Origin: Macrostomum lignano
Lineage: Eukaryota
Direction: 5' to 3'
Assembly (NCBI GenBank): GCA_002269645.1
Contig: NIVC01000038.1
Location: 682,001 to 746,000 of the forward strand
Length of the DNA: 64,000 nucleotides
Part shown: piece by piece, positions 55,001-64,000 of the stretch
Position numbering within the stretch: position 1 is the stretch's first letter
Layout of the letters: each line of letters starts with the position of its first letter
The notes under the pieces: model-generated
Databases searched by the model: none
The model's input: only the letters and a program-made list of their open reading frames with translations
What the model was told of the DNA's origin: nothing
Made by a program: the position numbers and the translations under genes

Positions 55001-58000
55001 TGAACTCACATCGAAAGACACACTGAACACTGAACTCACCTCGAAAGACACACTGAACTCACCTCGAAAGACACACTGAACTCACCTCGAAAGACACTGA
55101 ACTCACCCCGAAAGACACTGAACTCACCTCGAAAGACACACTGATCCCACCTCGAAAGACACACTGAACTCACCTCGAAAGACACAACTAAACTCACATC
55201 GAAAGACACACTGAACTCACCTCGAAAGACACACTGAACTCATCTCGAAAGACACACTGAACTCACCTCGAAAGACACACTGAACTCACCTCGAAAGACA
55301 CACTGAACTCACCTCGAAAGACACACTGAACTCACCTCGAAAGACACACTGAACACTGAACTCACCTCGAAAGACACACTGAACTCACCTCGAAAGACAC
55401 ACTGAACTCACCTCGAAAGACACTGAACTCACCCCGAAAGACACTGAACTCACCTCGAAAGACACACTGATCCCACCTCGAAAGACACACTGAACTCACC
55501 TCGAAAGACACACTGAACTCACCTCGAAAGACACACTGAACTCACCTCGAAAGACACACTGAACTCATCTCGAAAGACACACTGAACTCACCTCGAAAGA
55601 CACACTGAACTCACCTCGAAAGACACACTGAACTCACCCCGAAAGACACTGAACTCACCCGAAAGACACTGAACTCACCTCGAAAGACACACTGATCCCA
55701 CCTCGAAAGACACACTGAACTCACCTCGAAAGACACACTGAACTCACCTCGAAAGACACACTGAACTCACCTCGAAAGACACACTGAACTCACCTCGAAA
55801 GACACACTGAACTCACCTCGAAAGACACACTGAACTCACCTCGAAAGACACACTGAACTCACCTCGAAAGACACACTGAACTCACATCGAAAGACACACT
55901 GAACTCACCTCGAAAGACACACTGAACACTGAACTCACCTCGAAAGACACACTGAACTCACCTCGAAAGACACACTGAACTCACCTCGAAAGACACTGAA
56001 CTCACCCCGAAAGACACTGAACTCACCTCGAAAGACACACTGATCCCACCTCGAAAGACACACTGAACTCACCTCGAAAGACACACTGAACTCACCTCGA
56101 AAGACACACTGAACTCACCTCGAAAGACACACTGAACTCATCTCGAAAGACACACTGAACTCACCTCGAAAGACACACTGAACTCATCTCGAAAGACACA
56201 ACTAAACTCACATCGAAAGACACACTGAACTCACCTCGAAAGACACAACTAAACTCACATCGAAAGACACACTGAACTCACCTCGAAAGACACACTGAAC
56301 TCATCTCGAAAGACACACTGAACTCACCTCGAAAGACACACTGAACTCATCTCGAAAGACACAACTAAACTCACATCGAAAGACACACTGAACTCACCTC
56401 GAAAGACACAACTAAACTCACATCGAAAGACACACTGAACTCACCTCGAAAGACACACTGAACTCACCTCGAAAGACACACTGAACTCACCTCGAAAGAC
56501 ACACTGAACTCACCTCGAAAGACACACTGAACTCACATCGAAAGACACACTGAACTCACCTCGAAAGACACACTGAACACTGAACTCACCTCGAAAGACA
56601 CACTGAACTCACCTCGAAAGACACACTGAACTCACCTCGAAAGACACTGAACTCACCCCGAAAGACACTGAACTCACCTCGAAAGACACACTGAACTCAC
56701 CTCGAAAGACACACTGAACTCACCTCGAAAGACACACTGAACTCACCTCGAAAGACACACTGAACTCACATCGAAAGACACACTGAACTCACCTCGAAAG
56801 ACACACTGAACACTGAACTCACCTCGAAAGACACACTGAACTCACCTCGAAAGACACACTGAACTCACCTCGAAAGACACTGATCCCACCTCGAAAGACA
56901 CACTGAACTCACCTCGAAAGACACAACTAAACTCACATCGAAAGACACACTGAACTCACCTCGAAAGACACACTGAACTCACCTCGAAAGACACACTGAA
57001 CTCACCTCGAAAGACACACTGAACTCACCTCTAAAGACACACTGAACTCACCTCGAAAGACACACTGAACTCATCTCGAAAGACACAACTAAACTCACAT
57101 CGAAAGACACACTGAACTCACCTCGAAAGACACAACTAAACTCACATCGAAAGACACACTGAACTCACCTCGAAAGACACACTGAACTCATCTCGAAAGA
57201 CACACTGAACTCACCTCGAAAGACACACTGAACTCATCTCGAAAGACACAACTAAACTCACATCGAAAGACACACTGAACTCACCTCGAAAGACACAACT
57301 AAACTCACATCGAAAGACACACTGAACTCACCTCGAAAGACACACTGAACTCATCTCGAAAGACACACTGAACTCACCTCGAAAGACACACTGAACTCAC
57401 CTCGAAAGACACACTGAACTCACATCGAAAGACACACTGAACTCACCTCGAAAGACACACTGAACACTGAACTCACCTCGAAAGACACACTGAACTCACC
57501 TCGAAAGACACACTGAACACTGAACTCACCTCGAAAGACACTGAACTCACCTCGAAAGACACACTGAACACTGAACTCACCTCGAAAGACACACTGATCC
57601 CACCTCGAAAGACACACTGAACTCACCTCGAAAGACACACTGAACTCACCTCGAAAGACACACTGAACTCACCTCGAAAGACACACTGAACTCATCTCGA
57701 AAGACACACTGAACTCACCTCGAAAGACACACTGAACTCACCTCGAAAGACACACTGAACTCACCCCGAAAGACACTGAACTCACCTCGAAAGACACACT
57801 GATCCCACCTCGAAAGACACACTGAACTCACCTCGAAAGACACACTGAACTCACCTCGAAAGACACACTGAACTCACCTCGAAAGACACACTGAACTCAC
57901 CTCGAAAGACACACTGAACTCACCTAGAAAGACACACTGAACTCACCTCGAAAGACACACTGAACTCACCTCGAAAGACACACTGAACTCACATCGAAAG

Positions 58001-59314
58001 ACACACTGAACTCACCTCGAAAGACACACTGAACTCTGAACTCACCTCGAAAGACACACTGAACTCACCTCCAAAGACACACTGAACTCACCTCGAAAGA
58101 CACTGAACTCACCCCGAAAGACACTGAACTCACCTCGAAAGACACACTGATCCCACCTCGAAAGACACACTGAACTCACCTCGAAAGACACACTGAACTC
58201 ACCTCGAAAGACACACTGAACTCACCTCGAAAGACACACTGAACTCATCTCGAAAGACACACTGAACTCACCTCGAAAGACACACTGAACTCACCTCGAA
58301 AGACACACTGAACTCACCCGAAAGACACTGAACTCACCCGAAAGACACTGAACTCACCTCGAAAGACACACTGATCCCACCTCGAAAGACACACTGAACT
58401 CACCTCGAAAGACACACTGAACTCACCTCGAAAGACACACTGAACTCACCTCGAAAGACACACTGAACTCACCTCGAAAGACACCGGAGTAGACACGCTA
58501 AATCGACGGCAAGACGCTAACAAGCGCACGTACGACCGTAAATTTAACAATTTTCAACCCCACCCCCATCCCGACAGCGCCCACTGATTGCGTTCACGGC
58601 GTAGCTTTCGAAACCGACCAAGATTCGATCGATCGCATGGACCGAGTGGAGATGATCTACGACAAAGCCTGGGTACCTCTAGAGAGCTATGACGGTCGCC
58701 AATTTGAAGGCTACGTGTACGTGAACAAGCCAGGCTTTAAAAGCACCACAGAAGGTACCCCATCGAAGCGCTATCTTCAGATGGTGATCGATGCGGCTAG
58801 ACGTGCCGGTCTCAACTCTGACTACATTGCCAAACTTGAATCCGTGAAAGCGTACAAACCATCAGCTGAAACCCTAGCAAAGAGGTCTGCAATACTGTCT
58901 GGAAACTATCCAGTCAAAGACATGACTCGCGAATCTCTAGGCGAAGATCCGTCAAACTTCACCAGCCTGTTTGGTTACATATTTCGTATTGGACCGCCGA
59001 AGCCGCCATTCACTATGCAGCACGGTCGCGATGTGACCAATCTAATGCTATTGCATTATCTCAATCTGCCAATGGATGTTGCTGCAGATCGACAAGATGC
59101 TGAAAATCTGCCTCGCATGAAATTGATAGAGAATCGACCAGATGCTTATGAATATCTGCTGACTTGGTTAGATAAATTTGCTGCCGCTAGCAATCAACAT
59201 GATGAAGTGTCGTTTCCAGTGATTGGCAGACACAGGCAGTTCATGGCTGCTCAGGTCTGCTCTGACTCTGGACTGCCTGTCAGTCAGTGGGTGTTTCCTG
59301 CTGCTGAAAATTGA
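52089..59314 (+). CDS. GGCT: Gamma-glutamylcyclotransferase (GGCT/AIG2-like) protein with C-terminal extension, copy 1 (308 aa)
   Basis: Exons 52089-52278 and 58578-59314 (phase 1). WFFGYGSNM, VHGVAF, MDRVE (catalytic-Glu position), PSKRYLQMVIDAARRAGLNSDYI. Confidence 0.88.
52540..58485. repeat. ~6-kb 23-bp minisatellite (gaaagacacactgaactcacctc) with variant units
   Basis: Direct reading; fills intron 1 of GGCT copy 1. Confidence 0.98.
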
Positions 59315-59869
59315 ATTCAGACGGTCACGGATGCCTGGCGTGGTAGGAACTTATTAGTAAAGTCGTAGTATTAGAATATTGACACCAAAGAGTTTTGTTT
59401 TATAATTTGTGGCTTTTGTGCTCGAAAAAATTGCACCAATGCACAGAGAGTGTACGTGCCTGACGATTAGAAAGTCCGCTGTAAAGGACCGCTTGCATTA
59501 TTGCATTATTTATAGGCGATTTTTTTGTTGTTAATTTAATTTTGGTTAACTTTCTTGCAAGTCTGTTAGATTAATCTCTTCTTCCACGAATTGTGATATT
59601 GCTGCAGATTTTTTCATCATTTTAGGCCAATTTTTGCTGGCTTCTCAATTGATATTTGTGATATCTTCTTTTGTAAAGAGAATATTCATTTCTATACAAT
59701 GAAAAGCCAATGCCTTTTATAGTTTTTGTGTTTGTACGAATCTTGCTAAATAAAAGAGTTATTAATTGTTTTTTGTTGATTACCTTTTATTCAGCGCTAT
59801 ATTTTTTATAAGTAGGTATGGAGTGCTTTCTATCCTATTCAAGGTGTCTTTCAATAGGTTCTTCTGCAA

Positions 59870-60145
59870 CTCTCAAGGTGTCCTTTAATGGCTGATTCTA
59901 CAAACCTCCGATTGTCCTTCAGGGGTTGCTTCTGCAAACCTCAGGTTGTCCTTCAGTGAGTGCTTCTGCAAACCTCAGGTTGTCCTTCAGTGAGTGCTTC
60001 TGCAAACCTCAGGTTGTCCTTCAGTGAGTGCTTCTGCAAACCTCAGGTTGTCCTTCAGTGAGTGCTTCTGCAAACCTCAGGTCGTCCTTCAGGGGATGCT
60101 TCTATAAACCTCGGGTTGTCCTCCAGTGAGTGCGTCTGCAAGTCT
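59870..60145. repeat. 34-bp minisatellite (ttctgcaaacctcaggttgtccttcagtgagtgc)
   Basis: Direct reading; lies between the GGCT copies. Confidence 0.9.
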
Positions 60146-60290
60146 ATAAAACGACAAGCAATCCATTAAGTAAACTTTTCAACTTTGACTGAATTTACAT
60201 CTTGAGTTTCAATGCAATAATTCATGATTGCAAAATTACCTTTGTTAGCAAGAACAATATTTTTATCATCTAACATTGAAGTGTTTAAAT

Positions 60291-61952
60291 ATGTCTGGTG
60301 CAAATAAATCAACTATTTGGTTTTTTGGCTACGGAAGCAACATGGACAGCGAGAATTTGTCCAAGAAGAAAGGCGTCGAAGTGCTGCAGAGCACACCGGC
60401 TGTGCTGAGAGGCTACAAGATGGCTTTCTCACTGGCTGCTATACCACTGGCTGAGCCCTTCTTTGCCAACTGCGAAAAAGGCTGTGAGTAAGGTTTGTGT
60501 GTCTGTATGACCTAAGAAACTTCTCATTGATTGACTGTTCATTGATCTTTGCTCATGTAAATCAACAATAATGAACAATTCTTTAACTATCCTGATCACC
60601 CAGCCGAGTCAGACAACATTCACGGCGTAGCGTTTGAAACTGACGCGGATTCGATCGCTAAAATGGACAAAGTTGAAATGGGCTACGACAAAGCGTCCGT
60701 TATCCTGGAGGCCTACGATGGTCGGAAACTTGATGGCTACGTTTATGTTAACAAACCGCAGCGAGAGGTTCGAGTGGGCAACCCGTCAGGTGTGTATTTG
60801 GGTATTTTGAGTTTAGAGGAGGGGATTAGAGACTGTGTATGCACATTTTTTAAATCAGAACGGTACACTGCATGCGCTTTACCGTGACAAGAATCGCTTA
60901 AAAAGTCGTTGCAAACAGCTCTCCAGTGACTCTAATGACTCAAACGCGTCTAGTGCGACGGAGAGGCGACTGTTGCGTGACAAAAACGTCATGTGTGAGA
61001 TGTAGAATCGTAAGAGTCGTCCAACAATCGCTGCGTTGGCGCTTAACTTTTGCTAGAGACATGGCTCTAATTCATCAAGCGACGGAAACGCGCTTCAAAC
61101 ACAACTTAGGGACTCTACCACGCCTCAATTACTTGTACGACCCCAGAGTCGTTTTAACGTCGCCCCAAAGTCGTTTCAGAGTCGCAAACCAATAAAACGC
61201 TTCAAATTGACTCTTAGGCGACTCTTTGACGACTCTTTGGCAACTTGTACCGTGACATCTCGTCATTTTAGAGTTGTTTTGAGTGACTTCTTTCCTATTT
61301 TATATACATGTATTTGTCATCCGCAAGGACTCTTTGGCGACCCAAGTGACTCTGGATGATTCCCTTAGCCTTTAGCCTACGCTCGTAGGTGCCGCTTTTA
61401 TCATAATCGTCCTCTATTACCCCTCGTCCAGGTCGTTACCTACGCCTGTTAATCAACGGTGCCAAAGCGGCAGGCCTGAACAAAGACTACATAGCCCGGC
61501 TGGAGGCCACGCCAGTGTACAAGCCTTCGGCCGAGACGTTGGCTAAACGCGCCGCTTTGACCTCGGCAACCTATCCAACCAAGGAGATGACCCAAGAAGC
61601 CCTGGGCAAGGACCTGTCACATTTCGTCAGCGTTTTTGGCTACATCATCGATGCTGGACCGTCCACAGGATTTTTCTCGTCCCACCGCGGCAAAGACATC
61701 ACCAATCGGATGCTGAGGCACTATTTGAATTTGCCACTTGACTCGGTTGAAGATCCTCAAGATGCCGAGCATTTGCCCAATTTGAAATTGTTGGAGTCTC
61801 GACCGGACGCTGTGGATTTCGTATGGACTTGGTTTGATCAGCACGCCAGTAGCGGCACAGTGGTTGCTAGGCACGCCGCGTTTCTAGCAGCTCAAGAGGT
61901 CGATTCGAGTACTGGGAAGCCTCGATCTCAGTGGACGATTCCAACGGCTTGA
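60291..61952 (+). CDS. GGCT: GGCT/AIG2-like protein with C-terminal extension, copy 2 (299 aa)
   Basis: Exons 60291-60483, 60604-60789 and 61432-61952 (phase 1/1). WFFGYGSNM, IHGVAF, MDKVE, PSGRYLRLLINGAKAAGLNKDYI. Confidence 0.88.
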
Positions 61953-63489
61953 GTGCAATTTGATTCAAGGTGTTATGGTTCGAGCCCATAACATATTTTT
62001 TAAATATGACGTTTTTGTTTTAGTTTTACCTATAATTCATTACGGAGTAGTGCTAAAATAGCTTTTCTATATATTGTTACTTTGAATCCGGAACTTATAG
62101 TCTAACATTAGGTTTTGTTATATCTATCTTTTTAGTACGTCAGATTTTTATAATTGGGCTTAGAAATTTAGGTAAATAATCGTCAAGTCATATACTATAG
62201 GCTCATTTTCTATTTTCGCATGGTTGGCTGAATCATGAATCAGCTGTCTGAAATCCGTCACTTGGTAGCTGCTTTCGAATTTTTGGTGCAAAATCTTCAA
62301 TTTCACGCGCCTTTGTAGGTTGTCTCTTTATTTAATTTTTAGGGTATAATAATTAGCCTTCTTTAATCGATAGAATTAATCTACTTCGTATAAGACTTGT
62401 AGCTACAGAAATGAAACCGTCGTTAAATATTATTGTTTGTTTAAATCTTCTTTGTAAATCCTTAATTATAGCTTTCTGTTGTTAAATAAATCTAATTTTA
62501 AATGAAACTAGACTTACATGTAGCTATAAGGCAGCATGTACTTTTAGGACGATTTATTCGAAATGATAACTAACGACGTAATTGAAAAACGAAGGGATTT
62601 AGAAGGGGTGTTTTTTCGAACCAGTGTGTGCTATCGTTTACTACTATGTGTAGTGTGCTCATAATTATTTGATTGTTTATCCTAAATGTATTTGTTTTTG
62701 TTTATCGTTGTAGTGGAGTATCTGAACTCCGCGATTTTTCGAGCTTATAACACTTCTTGCGGTGTATTTGCATCTATTTAGTCTCAGCTTCAATAATACT
62801 ATAATAGTACTAATTTAATATTACTTTTCCATGACCGACATTTTTCCGGAAATTTCCGGCATTATTTATTTTTAGCAGATCATGCCATTCAAGTTAGGTT
62901 GCTTAGCTATTCAAACATAATTTCTTATTAACAAATAGTATTTATCTCTAACTTTAAGATGGAATCTTAATATATAAGAAAATGTTTACTAAACTTATAA
63001 AAATCTTAATTTTAATAAACATCTAAAACTTTTCTTGTTGATGTTAAAAAGTAGCAATTGTTTAAGAAATGTTGTCAATCTTATTTATTTTTTCATTATT
63101 AAAAATAATTTTATAATTTAAATTATGTTCTATGTTTTTGTGAACTTTAAGCGCCTTTAATTGAGCCGCGATAGTGATTGATTTTGTGTTACGAGTATTT
63201 AATATCTTTAATATTGTACACGTAGTACCGTCTATAACAAATATATATTTCAGTCCTATTATTGCATCAATATTTAGATTTTTTATTATATATACAGTGT
63301 ATTTAGTGCCTTAGTTTTATTGCTCTATTTAACAGGAATGCGACTTTTCTTTTTCTATTTCTCGTTGCTTGGATTGATATGCAGCAGCTGTATACATGTA
63401 GCTAAGTGCAGCACACAGGGGTGTCGGAACCGGGGAGCCCGTGGGGCTGGAGCCCCCCCCCCACTTTTTAGCATGATCCTGCAATTGCC

Positions 63490-63730
63490 CTTTTTGAATT
63501 TCAAGCAGCTTCACGGTCTCGTCGAATCCCAGCGGTGTCTGTTCACCATCCGAACTCTGAGATAGCGGTGGCTGCATCGCTGCGAAGATCCGCTGTCCTT
63601 CAGCACCCAGGCAGTGCAGAAGCAGGGCTCGCTTTCTCGCGTCTTGTAAGAGTGTCGAATCCCGCCGCCATTTAGTAGTTGTTAACCCCGAGGATGCGGG
63701 TGGCCTGCTCTGCATGCAATACCTCATGGT
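63490..63730 (-). mobile_element. Gypsy-type gag fragment next to a GC-run DNA-element-like end (~63416-63480)
   Basis: DARKRALLLHCLGAEGQRIF...FDETVKLLE is typical of the N-terminal gag region of Mag/K02A2.6-like elements. Confidence 0.7.
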
Positions 63731-64000
63731 CTATGGCTTGCGAATCATTTCGATGCTCTTTCGAAAAACAAGTCTACATAACCGTTGCTTGCGGCTTTGG
63801 CCTGCTGAGCAGGCCATGACTATTTTCTATACAGAAAACATTTTGTAGATCACGGTCAACGAGTTTTTCTATCTGATGTAGTCATTTTTAATAAGAAACA
63901 TTAAAAATCAAGAACATAAATTGCTATAACGTATGAACAATGTTTAACAGCTAAACAGCAACAATAACATAACCTGTTTATAACCAGATGGCATATTGGG

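Noticed and set aside
52540-58485. Hammerhead ribozyme in the 23-bp unit (contains CTGA and CGAAA)
   Set aside because: It lacks the CUGANGA core (reads CTGAACT) and has no stems I-III.

Overview
Eukaryotic (animal) genomic DNA with spliceosomal introns, many filled by micro- or minisatellites. The gene style and repeat load suggest a free-living flatworm such as Macrostomum (inference, not verified). Contents in order: (1) the 3' half of a histamine-H1-like GPCR; (2) a 21-exon, ~1510-aa uncharacterised gene (6788-25754) with two internal repeat families, a degenerate EF-hand-like C-terminus and an RFX X-box in its upstream region; (3) LINE and Gypsy relics around an intronless secreted ConA/LamG-like gene; (4) five co-oriented minus-strand genes (TPRKB, an ATG-less ORF, FAM173/ATPSCKMT, KXD1, DNAJC24), most with a clear splice acceptor just before the ORF, resembling a spliced-leader (SL) trans-spliced operon; (5) an orphan plus-strand ORF; (6) two tandem GGCT-like paralogues with a cytochrome-b5-like C-terminal extension. 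The strongest lead is the 251-codon ORF at 43023-43778, which has no in-frame ATG. It begins in phase 0 at a splice acceptor, so it could take its start codon from a flatworm SL, which ends in AUG. Most long low-complexity ORFs in the track are repeat artefacts. All gene models were built by hand from GT/AG sites and phase bookkeeping; repeat boundaries are approximate.
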